DNA of 64,000 nucleotides, from NCBI GenBank assembly GCA_965242625.1, contig CBDEST010000005.1:1211257-1275256 (forward strand). Reading direction: 5' to 3'. Position 1 is the first letter of the stretch, and every line of letters begins with the position of its first letter. A program made the position numbers and the translations under genes. Positions 1 through 7,906 of this stretch are shown piece by piece. The notes beneath the pieces are model-generated. The model did not search any database. It worked only from the letters and a program-made list of their open reading frames with translations, and was not told the origin of the DNA. Source of the stretch: Bryobacterales bacterium. GTDB taxonomy: Bacteria; Acidobacteriota; Terriglobia; Bryobacterales; UBA6623.

Positions 1-174
1 GCGACGGTCAAGCTGGGGGCGTGACCAAACAGATCCCCACGCGGCCTCGGTAATGTAGCGTTGGAAAGCGGCATCGAAGTCGGTGGTGCGCTCTGTCGCG
101 CGATCGACATGGGCATCGCCGAGAACCTCCCGACGCACCCTTTCGCCTTCGTTAGCCTTGCGCTCAGGTTCCAA
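1..174 (-). CDS. pcaC: 4-carboxymuconolactone decarboxylase, N-terminal part (runs off the window edge)
   Basis: Manual translation of the minus strand from TTG at 174 gives (M)EPERKANEGERVRREVLGDAHVDRATERTTDFDAAFQRYITEAAWGSVWSRPQLDRR, the typical PcaC N-terminus. GGAGGAG RBS upstream; overlaps the pcaD stop. Not in the ORF track. Confidence 0.88.
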   Translation of the reverse strand, partial: MEPERKANEGERVRREVLGDAHVDRATERTTDFDAAFQRYITEAAWGSVWSRPQLDRR

Positions 175-982
175 GTCGCTCCTCCATGAATCGAACCAAG
201 ATATCGGCGAAGTCGTTCGGTCGCTCGACCGGCACCATGTGCCCGGCCCCTTCGACCTCGATGTATTCGGCGGCCGGGATGCGCCGCGCCAAGCCACGCA
301 TGTCCGCAGGGGTCGTCGAGGCGTCTTCCGATCCGCACACGCAGAGGGTCGGAACTTGGATTCGAGCGGGCGCGGAACGCAGGTCTCCGTCCCGCAGGGC
401 GGCGCACGAACCAAGGTAACCCTCCAGCGGCGCCCGCGCCAAGAGATTGGCCCACCCGCGAACTTGGTCCCGCCGCTCTCGCCGGAAGGACGTTCCGAAC
501 CAGCGCTGCATCACTGATGGGGCGATCGACGCCAAGCCCTCGGCTCGCACCCGCTTCATCCGTTCGTCCCAGATCGCTTGCGGACCGATCACTTCCGCCG
601 TGTCCGCCAGGACCAAGCCGCGAATCGGCACCGGGTAGCGGTCGCAAAAATCGAGGGCGATCATGCCTCCGATCGACAGGCCGCACAGCACTGTCGGTCC
701 CCAGCGCAAGCAGGCGAGGAGGTGCTGCAAGTCGTCCGTGTGATCCGTGATGGAATACGGCCCGGGCGGTGCATCCGAAAGGCCTTGGCCGCGCTGGTCG
801 TAGCGCAGCAAGCGGTAACGTCTGCCGAGCGGCCGCGCCAGTTCGTCCCAGATCCGGCAATCCGTGCCGAGCGAATTCAGCAACACGATATTCGGGGCGT
901 CCTCCGGTCCCGTCACTCGGTACCGCAGTGCTATGTCGCGGATCGCTTGGAAAGGCAATGTCTCGTCTCGCCCGTCAGGCAA
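164..982 (-). CDS. pcaD: 3-oxoadipate enol-lactonase (alpha/beta hydrolase)
   Basis: NSLGTD, YDQRGQGLS, GLSIGG nucleophile elbow, EGYLGSCAAL and GAGH motifs; adjacent to pcaC. The start could be TTG at 958. Confidence 0.88.
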   Translation of the reverse strand: MPDGRDETLPFQAIRDIALRYRVTGPEDAPNIVLLNSLGTDCRIWDELARPLGRRYRLLRYDQRGQGLSDAPPGPYSITDHTDDLQHLLACLRWGPTVLCGLSIGGMIALDFCDRYPVPIRGLVLADTAEVIGPQAIWDERMKRVRAEGLASIAPSVMQRWFGTSFRRERRDQVRGWANLLARAPLEGYLGSCAALRDGDLRSAPARIQVPTLCVCGSEDASTTPADMRGLARRIPAAEYIEVEGAGHMVPVERPNDFADILVRFMEERLGT

Positions 983-1047
983 GGCATTCAGTGTAGGCTA
1001 GTCAATTCGCCCGGGTTGTGTCGTCGAGTTTCGCAGGGTCCCTAGGA

Positions 1048-1476
1048 ATGCGCCTACGCAGGGCGTATCAGTCGCTGCACCGGCGCGCGAACGCCGAGTT
1101 GAAGCGCCAGTTCGATGTCACGGCGGACCAATTCGTGGTGCTGAGCTTGCTCGCGGAACGGGACGGATTCAGCCAGCAGGAACTGTGCAGCCGCTGCTGT
1201 TCCGATCCAAGCACGATCGGGGCGCTGGTACGGCTGATGGAAGGGAAGGGCTGGGTGCATCGCGAGGCGGATCCCGGCGACCTCCGTGCGCGGCTAGTGC
1301 GCATCACCGCCGAGGGGAGGAACCTCCAGCGACGAATGTGGGAGGCGGCGGCGGAGAGCTTCCATCAAGACCTTTGGTCGGTGCCGCGTGACAAAGCGGA
1401 GGAGGACGCTTTGTTCGACGCCTTGGACCGCGTCGCGGCGGCGATGGAGGATGGGATCGAGGAGACTGGCCAGTGA
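1048..1476 (+). CDS. MarR-family transcriptional regulator
   Basis: TADQFVVL...SQQEL...DPSTIGALVRLMEGKGWVHREADPGDLRARLVRITAEG winged-helix signature. Start at ATG 1048, or TTG/GTG near 1018. Confidence 0.9.
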   Translation: MRLRRAYQSLHRRANAELKRQFDVTADQFVVLSLLAERDGFSQQELCSRCCSDPSTIGALVRLMEGKGWVHREADPGDLRARLVRITAEGRNLQRRMWEAAAESFHQDLWSVPRDKAEEDALFDALDRVAAAMEDGIEETGQ

Positions 1477-2633
1477 ACGCGTACCGCCTGTCGCTGACGG
1501 CCGCGGACGATCCCTATCCGATCTATCGCGAGTTGCGTGACCGGGACCCGGCTCACTTCTCGGAACCGGAAGGCCTCTGGGTGCTGACGCGGTACAAGGA
1601 TGTCGCCGACGCGTTTCGCGACTGGAAGACTTGGTCTTCCCAGCGCCGCGGCAACCTGATCCGCGACATGCCGGAGCGTATCGGCCGGACGTTGGGCACG
1701 ACCGACCCCCCGGATCATCGCTTCGCCCGGAGCTTGGTGGAAAAGGCGTTCGCCCGGAACACGGTCGAGAGGCTCGCGTCCCGTATTTCGGAACTGGCCC
1801 GCGAACTTGCGCGAATGGCGGCCGAGCGCGGGGAAGTCGAACTGGTCGGAACGGTCTCGGCACCGTACAACGCAGCTATCCTCGGGGCGATGTTCGGAGT
1901 GCCAGACGAAGACTTCCTGCGCCTGCGCCGATGGCTTGACGACTTTTTCCTCAGGGAAGACGCCGCGCCCGGGCAGGAGTCCAAGCAGAGCGCGGCGATG
2001 CGCAAGCTCGAAGAGTACCTGAGCGCCTTGGCGGACAGTCGCTCCAAATGTCCGGGCGAGGATCTGATGAGCACCATGCTCGGGGCCCAGGAGGGCGGCC
2101 GCAGGCTGAGCCGGGAACGGGTCGTCGTCACGACGATGACGTTCCTCACGGCGGGATTCGAGTCGACGAACAACCTGCTGACCAACCTTGCCTACGCTCT
2201 CTCGCTGCATCCGGACGCATACCGACTGGTACGTTCCGATCCCGCCGCGGTACCGCAATTCGTGGAAGAAGGGATGCGTTGGGATGCAGCGGCCCAAGGC
2301 TTCGTTCGATCGCCTACGCACGACGTGGAGCTGCACGGCAAGAAGATCCCCGAGAACGCCGAAGTGCTGCTGCACATCGGCTCCGCGAACCGTGACGAGC
2401 GCGCGTTCGAGAACCCGGACAAGCTCGATCTGACGCGTGCCAACGTCCGGCACCTTGGCATGGGCAAGGGCATTCACTACTGCGTGGGCGCCCCGCTGGC
2501 GCGCGAGATGTCGCAGGCGCTGCTGGCGGCGCTCGTCAAGGCCAGCCGCAGGTGGGAGGTTGACCTAGCGCATGCACGCCGGGTCACTACACCGAACTTC
2601 AGGGGCTTCTCGATCCTTCCCGTTCGCATTTGA
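1473..2633 (+). CDS. Cytochrome P450
   Basis: DPPDHRFAR, I-helix AGFEST, ExxR (EEGMR), SANRDE and heme-thiolate motif GKGIHYCVG. GTGA overlap with the MarR stop. Confidence 0.93.
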   Translation: MNAYRLSLTAADDPYPIYRELRDRDPAHFSEPEGLWVLTRYKDVADAFRDWKTWSSQRRGNLIRDMPERIGRTLGTTDPPDHRFARSLVEKAFARNTVERLASRISELARELARMAAERGEVELVGTVSAPYNAAILGAMFGVPDEDFLRLRRWLDDFFLREDAAPGQESKQSAAMRKLEEYLSALADSRSKCPGEDLMSTMLGAQEGGRRLSRERVVVTTMTFLTAGFESTNNLLTNLAYALSLHPDAYRLVRSDPAAVPQFVEEGMRWDAAAQGFVRSPTHDVELHGKKIPENAEVLLHIGSANRDERAFENPDKLDLTRANVRHLGMGKGIHYCVGAPLAREMSQALLAALVKASRRWEVDLAHARRVTTPNFRGFSILPVRI

Positions 2634-2644
2634 AGCACCGCCCC

Positions 2645-2851
2645 ATGAGACCCCGATTCCCGCGCTGGCCGCTCCTGGCACTGCTCGGGCTTGGAGTTGC
2701 GTTCGAGAACTTCTGGATGTGGTCCGACAGCGGGATGGTGCTTGGAATGCCTGCCAACCTCGCGTACCACGTCGGGCTCTGCGTCGTGGCATCGGTCGTG
2801 CTTCTGGCCGTGGTGCGCCGGGGCTGGCCCGACGACGTGGACAGCGACTGA
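2645..2851 (+). CDS. Small two-TM membrane protein (DUF3311-like partner of a sodium:solute symporter)
   Basis: Two hydrophobic segments, FWMW...VLGMP motif, directly upstream of an SSS gene. Confidence 0.75.
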   Translation: MRPRFPRWPLLALLGLGVAFENFWMWSDSGMVLGMPANLAYHVGLCVVASVVLLAVVRRGWPDDVDSD

Positions 2852-2860
2852 GGCGGGGCG

Positions 2861-4300
2861 ATGGTTCTCGGCGTCCTGTGCGCGTATCTCGCCGTAGTGC
2901 TCGGCGTGGGCCTTTTCGGGCATCGACTCTTCCGGGGAACCGGCGAGGACTATTTCGTCGCGAGCCGCTCCATCGGGCCGGTCGTGCTGGTCCTGACGCT
3001 GCTGGGCACGAACATGACCGCTTTCACGCTGCTGGGAGCGTCCGGCGAAGCGTATCGGCGCGGCGTGATCGTGTTCGCGCTGATGGGCTCGAGCACGGCC
3101 CTGATCGTCCCGTTCCTGATCTACTACCTCGGCATTCGCTCGTGGCAGCTCGGGAAACGTCACGGGTACCTCACCCAAGTTCAGTTGGTGCGGGACCGCT
3201 TCGGTTCGGACACGCTAGGAGCACTGCTTTTCGTCGTTGTCGTCGCCTTGATGCTGCCGTACCTCTTGATCGGAGTCAAGGGCGGCGGCGACGCGCTCAA
3301 TGCCCTGACCGGCGGGCCGGGCGAGGGCCTGCCCGCTTGGATCGGCAGCTTCGCAGTGTGCGCCGTCACGTATGTCTACGTGAGCTACGGAGGCATGCGC
3401 AGCACGGCTTGGGTCAACGCCTTGCAGACCGGGGTGTTCCTGCTGTTCGGCGCCATCGCCTACGTAGCGGTGATGTCCAACCTCGGCGGACTGACCGGAT
3501 CCATGGAGGCGCTGCGCGCGGAGCAGGGCGGGATGACGGTCTTCGGCTCGGATCGTTTCGCCTTTCTCCAGATGGGCTCGTTTCTCCTGCTGCCGCTTTG
3601 CACGGGGTCGTTCCCGCACTTGTACAGCCATTGGCTCTCGGCGCGTAGCGCGGGTGCGTTCCGCTTGGCGATCGTCGCCTACCCGGTGCTAGTGGCAGCG
3701 ATCTGGTTCCCGAGCGTCACGCTCGGATCCGTGGGACGCTTGCAGTTCGCCCCGCCTCTCGACGGGCCGATCCTCGTCAAGCTGATCGTCGGCAATACCG
3801 GCGAACTCCTCGCGGGCTGCCTGGCCGCGGGTGTCTTCGCCGCCATCATGTCGTCGCTGGACTCGCAGATCCTCTCGCTGGGGGCGATGTTCACGCAAGA
3901 CATCGTCCGGCACTACGGCTTCGCGGGCAAGCTCGGCGAGGACCGTCAGGTTTGGTTCGGAAGGTTGTTCGTGCTCGCATTCCTCGCACTGGCCTTCGCC
4001 TGCTCGCTGGTCGCGTCGCAAACGATCTTCGGACTGGGCACTTGGGCCTTGACCGGTTTCGCGGGCCTGCTGCCCATGTTCGCGGCGACCCTGTTCTGGT
4101 CGCGCGCGACCGCCCGCGGCGCCGCCACGTCGATCCTGACGGTAGTCGGACTGTGGGTGTATTTCTTCGTGGACTCTCTGGGTGTGGAGGGCGCGTACAG
4201 CATTGGCGGAACGGGCCTCATGCCGGTGGCGGTCATCGTGCCGGCCGCGACTCTGGCCTTGGCTGCGGGGTCGCTCCTGCCGAGTCCCGCACGCTCGTAG
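2861..4300 (+). CDS. Sodium:solute symporter family protein
   Basis: EDYFVASRSIG, YVSYGGMRSTAW and AAIMSSLDSQ motifs; many TM helices. Confidence 0.92.
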   Translation: MVLGVLCAYLAVVLGVGLFGHRLFRGTGEDYFVASRSIGPVVLVLTLLGTNMTAFTLLGASGEAYRRGVIVFALMGSSTALIVPFLIYYLGIRSWQLGKRHGYLTQVQLVRDRFGSDTLGALLFVVVVALMLPYLLIGVKGGGDALNALTGGPGEGLPAWIGSFAVCAVTYVYVSYGGMRSTAWVNALQTGVFLLFGAIAYVAVMSNLGGLTGSMEALRAEQGGMTVFGSDRFAFLQMGSFLLLPLCTGSFPHLYSHWLSARSAGAFRLAIVAYPVLVAAIWFPSVTLGSVGRLQFAPPLDGPILVKLIVGNTGELLAGCLAAGVFAAIMSSLDSQILSLGAMFTQDIVRHYGFAGKLGEDRQVWFGRLFVLAFLALAFACSLVASQTIFGLGTWALTGFAGLLPMFAATLFWSRATARGAATSILTVVGLWVYFFVDSLGVEGAYSIGGTGLMPVAVIVPAATLALAAGSLLPSPARS

Positions 4301-4490
4301 CCGCGGGCCCACGGGAACGCGCCGAGACCGTCGCGTTCGGCCTTGGTAGATTGGGCGCTCAATAAATGTTGAATTGCTCTCCCTCTCCGCGGATTTCATG
4401 GTAGAGTGCATCGGGGGTATTAAGGTGAGCCAGGCCTTCGCTTGATCAGAGACCGGGCGATGCCCCGCAACTCAAACACGGAGGATTGCT

Positions 4491-7400
4491 ATGACGGGAA
4501 CGCGTTGCGTGGCGCTTGCGGTCATGCTCGTGGCGACGCTGGCGACAGGGGACCGCGTCGCAGGCCAAGCCAGCTTGGCTAGCGTTACTGGCGTGATCGC
4601 GGACGCCAGCGGGGCGGTGATCCCCGGCGCCAGTGTCGAAATCACCAACGTCGAAACCGGCATCGCCGCCACGGTGGAGTCGAACGAGGCGGGGTATTTC
4701 ACCCTGCTCAGCCTCGTACCCGGCTCCTACAGCCTCGAGGTTGCCAGCGAAGGCTTCCGTCGCTTCGTTCGGTCGGGCCTCGAACTCGAGACTGGCCAAG
4801 CTCTGCGGATTGACGTGGAGTTGGAACTCGGTGCCATCACCGAAGTGGTCAACGTCACGACGGACACGCCCACGATCAATCTCGAACGAGGTGCGATCAA
4901 GGGCGACGTGATCGTTTTCGAGGAAATCCAGGATCTCCCGCTGCCCGGTCGCGACTTCACCAACCTCGCCTTCCTCGTGCCCGGCGTGATGCCCCGCGGC
5001 CCCGGGCAGGGCTCCTTCGCCTCGATCAACGGCGCCCGCGGGGATCAAACCAACTTCTACGTGGACGGTGTCAGCAACCGCAATCCCGTGGGCGGGGGAG
5101 CGCAGGTGCGCCCGCCGCTGGACGCCGTGGAGGAGTTCCGAGTGGTGACGTCCGGCTTCTCGGCGGAATACGGTGGCTTTTCCGGTGGCATCATCGGCCT
5201 GACCATGCGCTCCGGCACGAATCAGCTCCACGGTTCGTTATTCGAGTACATCCGCAACGAGGCGGTTGACGCACGGGGATTCTTTGACGAGGAACGGCTG
5301 CGCCTGAGGCGCCATCAGTACGGCGGGACGGTCGGCGGCCCGATCCGCCGGAATCGCAGCTTCTTCCTGGGGAGCTACGAGGGACGTATCCAATCGATCG
5401 GGCGCACCCGGCTCGGCAATGTCCCCACGGGCCTGGAACGCGCGGGAGACCTGTCGCAATCGTTCGACGTGCAGCGCACCAACGCGTCCGGCCAGCCGCA
5501 GCCGCTCTATCTCAATGACCCTGATCGAGCGGGCGCCTGCAACCGCCGCGTCAAGCGCGGATGCTTCCCGGACAACAGGATTCCCGCTTCGCGGGTCGAT
5601 CCGATCGGGCTCGGCTTGATCGACTACTACCCCTCGCCGAACCGGGACAGTATCCGCTTCAACAACATCTCGGTGGCGCAGGACGACGATGACTGGCACC
5701 AGATCGTGCTCAAGTTCGATCAGAGCTTCTCGCCCAAGGACGCCTTCTCGGCAAGCTACCAGAGGAGGTTCAACAACTTGGAGAATCCGTTCGCGGGCAG
5801 CGCGCTGGCGATCTGGGGGGACGAGATTCGCGACCGCCGCGACTTGGTCTCGGTGCGCCACACGCGCACCTTCACGCCGACGCTGGTCCTCGAACTGACG
5901 GGGGGCTTCAGCAGGCGCGCCCTCTACGCCAATTCGATCGCCGCCGACTTCGACCCTGCCACGATCGGACTGCCGGTGCCGGAAGATTTGGATCCCGAAC
6001 TGCGGGGATTGCCCCGGGTAACCGTCGTGGGCTTCTTCCCCCTCGGCCAAGGCGCCAACACTCCCCGCCGGCAGGATGTCGGCGACTTCCAAGTCTCTGG
6101 CAAGGTCTCGTGGATCCGGCAGACGCACACCATCAAGGCCGGAGTCGACGCGTCGTGGACGCGTTATGACCAGCCGCAGTTCAACAACGTGCGCGGCACG
6201 TTCCAGATCGGGCGCCGATTCACCAGGCACGCCATCGGGGATCTCCTCCTCGGGCGGCTGCAAAACGTCAATCGCCGCGCCCAGACCACATTCAACGAGC
6301 TGCGCTCGGCAGGCCTCGGCATGTTCCTCAACGATGACTGGAAGGTGTCGCGGGACTTCACGCTGAACCTCGGCGTGCGGTACGAAGTGGAACTGCCGCC
6401 GTTCGACGTGAACAACCGGCTCTCGACCTACCATCCCGGCCTGAACAAGGTGGTCATCGCCGGCGACGAGTCCCTGCCGAATCTCGACGCGATGCTCGCC
6501 GAGCGGGGCTTGCAGGATCGCACCGTCCTCGCAAGCGACGCAGGCATGGGGCGCCGGCTGATCGATCCGGACTACAACAACATCGCGCCTCGGCTGGGCT
6601 TCGCGTGGAGGCCGTTCGGGAACAACCGGAGCGTGGTCCGCGGCGGATACGGGCTCTTCTACCAGGGCTACCTGCTGGGTCCGGTGCGCGGCCAGCTGGC
6701 CGGGGTCTTCCCGTTCACGTTCAACGAGACGTTCAATTCGGCTGGCAGGCGGGGAGTGCCCCCGCCGACCCTGCAGAACCCGTTCCCCGAGGGTCGGGCC
6801 CGAGCCGGGGGTGCGGGGATCCAGAACGTGAACGGCTTCGACCCGGATCCGCCATCCGCGTACCTCCAGTCGTGGAACCTCACGATCGAGCGCGACCTCG
6901 GCGGCGGGCAGGCCTTGGAAATTGGCTACGTGGGATCGAAAGGCTCGCACCTCCAGCGCCGGTACGACCTCAACCAGCCGATCCGCAATCCGGAACTCGC
7001 CGAGGTCGGGGCGAACGGAAATCTGATCTTCCCGCGACCGATCGAGGGCTTCAACAGGCTCAATTTCGTGTCGTTCGGCTCAAACTCGACCTATCAGGCC
7101 GTCCAAGCGTCCTTGCGCCGGCGCAGCCGTAGCGGGTTCTTTTACCGCTTGAACTACACGTTCGGAAAGTCCATCGACGACTCGTCGACATTCAACGACG
7201 CCGGTTCTTCGACCGGCGTGGGCGCTGCGGACACTCTGAACCTGAAGCTGGACCGGGGCCGCTCGAACTTCGACCAGCGTCACGCGCTCACGTTCGCGAC
7301 CCGCTACCAGCTGCCGTTCGGCAGGGGCCGCCGCTTCTTCCGCAACCTGCGCGGCCCCGCGCAGGCTGCGTTCGGGGGATGGCAGCTGGCCTCGACGTGG

Positions 7401-7886
7401 ACGGCGTACTCCGGCCAGCCCTTCACGGTCAGGACGGGCAACGTCGATCTGAACGCGGGCGAGTCGCAGCGACCGAACCGGATCAAGCACGGGTACATGG
7501 AGCCCGACGCGTTCCCGGGGCTCAAGGGGGTCGACTTCCCGTGGTTCGACCTGTCCGCGTTCGAGCGCGTCCCGTGTATCGGCACGGAGAACAGAAACGG
7601 TATCGAATGCGTGGAGAGCACCTACGGGTTCGAGCCGTTCCAAGTCGGGAACTCCGGCCGCAACATCCTCGACAATCCCGGTCGGTTCAACCTCAATTTG
7701 AGCCTGCAGAAGAACTTCCGCTTCGAGGGCCGACGGCAATTGCAAGTCCGGATGGACGCGTTCAACGCGCCCAACACCACGCGGCTGGGGCGCCCGAACC
7801 GCGTCTTCGACGTGCTGCAGGGAGGATTCATCGTGAACGCGTCGGCACCTCGGGTCCTCCAAGCGTCGCTTTCGTATCGGTTCTGA
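4491..7886 (+). CDS. TonB-dependent receptor with N-terminal carboxypeptidase-regulatory-like domain (Oar-like, Acidobacteria type)
   Basis: Signal peptide, GVIADASGAVIPGA, LPLPGRDF, TLNLGVRYE, NNIAPRLGFAW and C-terminal SYRF; GGAGG RBS. Confidence 0.93.
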   Translation: MTGTRCVALAVMLVATLATGDRVAGQASLASVTGVIADASGAVIPGASVEITNVETGIAATVESNEAGYFTLLSLVPGSYSLEVASEGFRRFVRSGLELETGQALRIDVELELGAITEVVNVTTDTPTINLERGAIKGDVIVFEEIQDLPLPGRDFTNLAFLVPGVMPRGPGQGSFASINGARGDQTNFYVDGVSNRNPVGGGAQVRPPLDAVEEFRVVTSGFSAEYGGFSGGIIGLTMRSGTNQLHGSLFEYIRNEAVDARGFFDEERLRLRRHQYGGTVGGPIRRNRSFFLGSYEGRIQSIGRTRLGNVPTGLERAGDLSQSFDVQRTNASGQPQPLYLNDPDRAGACNRRVKRGCFPDNRIPASRVDPIGLGLIDYYPSPNRDSIRFNNISVAQDDDDWHQIVLKFDQSFSPKDAFSASYQRRFNNLENPFAGSALAIWGDEIRDRRDLVSVRHTRTFTPTLVLELTGGFSRRALYANSIAADFDPATIGLPVPEDLDPELRGLPRVTVVGFFPLGQGANTPRRQDVGDFQVSGKVSWIRQTHTIKAGVDASWTRYDQPQFNNVRGTFQIGRRFTRHAIGDLLLGRLQNVNRRAQTTFNELRSAGLGMFLNDDWKVSRDFTLNLGVRYEVELPPFDVNNRLSTYHPGLNKVVIAGDESLPNLDAMLAERGLQDRTVLASDAGMGRRLIDPDYNNIAPRLGFAWRPFGNNRSVVRGGYGLFYQGYLLGPVRGQLAGVFPFTFNETFNSAGRRGVPPPTLQNPFPEGRARAGGAGIQNVNGFDPDPPSAYLQSWNLTIERDLGGGQALEIGYVGSKGSHLQRRYDLNQPIRNPELAEVGANGNLIFPRPIEGFNRLNFVSFGSNSTYQAVQASLRRRSRSGFFYRLNYTFGKSIDDSSTFNDAGSSTGVGAADTLNLKLDRGRSNFDQRHALTFATRYQLPFGRGRRFFRNLRGPAQAAFGGWQLASTWTAYSGQPFTVRTGNVDLNAGESQRPNRIKHGYMEPDAFPGLKGVDFPWFDLSAFERVPCIGTENRNGIECVESTYGFEPFQVGNSGRNILDNPGRFNLNLSLQKNFRFEGRRQLQVRMDAFNAPNTTRLGRPNRVFDVLQGGFIVNASAPRVLQASLSYRF

Positions 7887-7906
7887 GAGGGGTATCGTTA
7901 ATTCGC

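Noticed and set aside
7379-7906. N-terminal 176 aa of the 1046-aa ORF
   Set aside because: It overlaps the TBDR in another frame; the signal peptide begins at ATG 7907.
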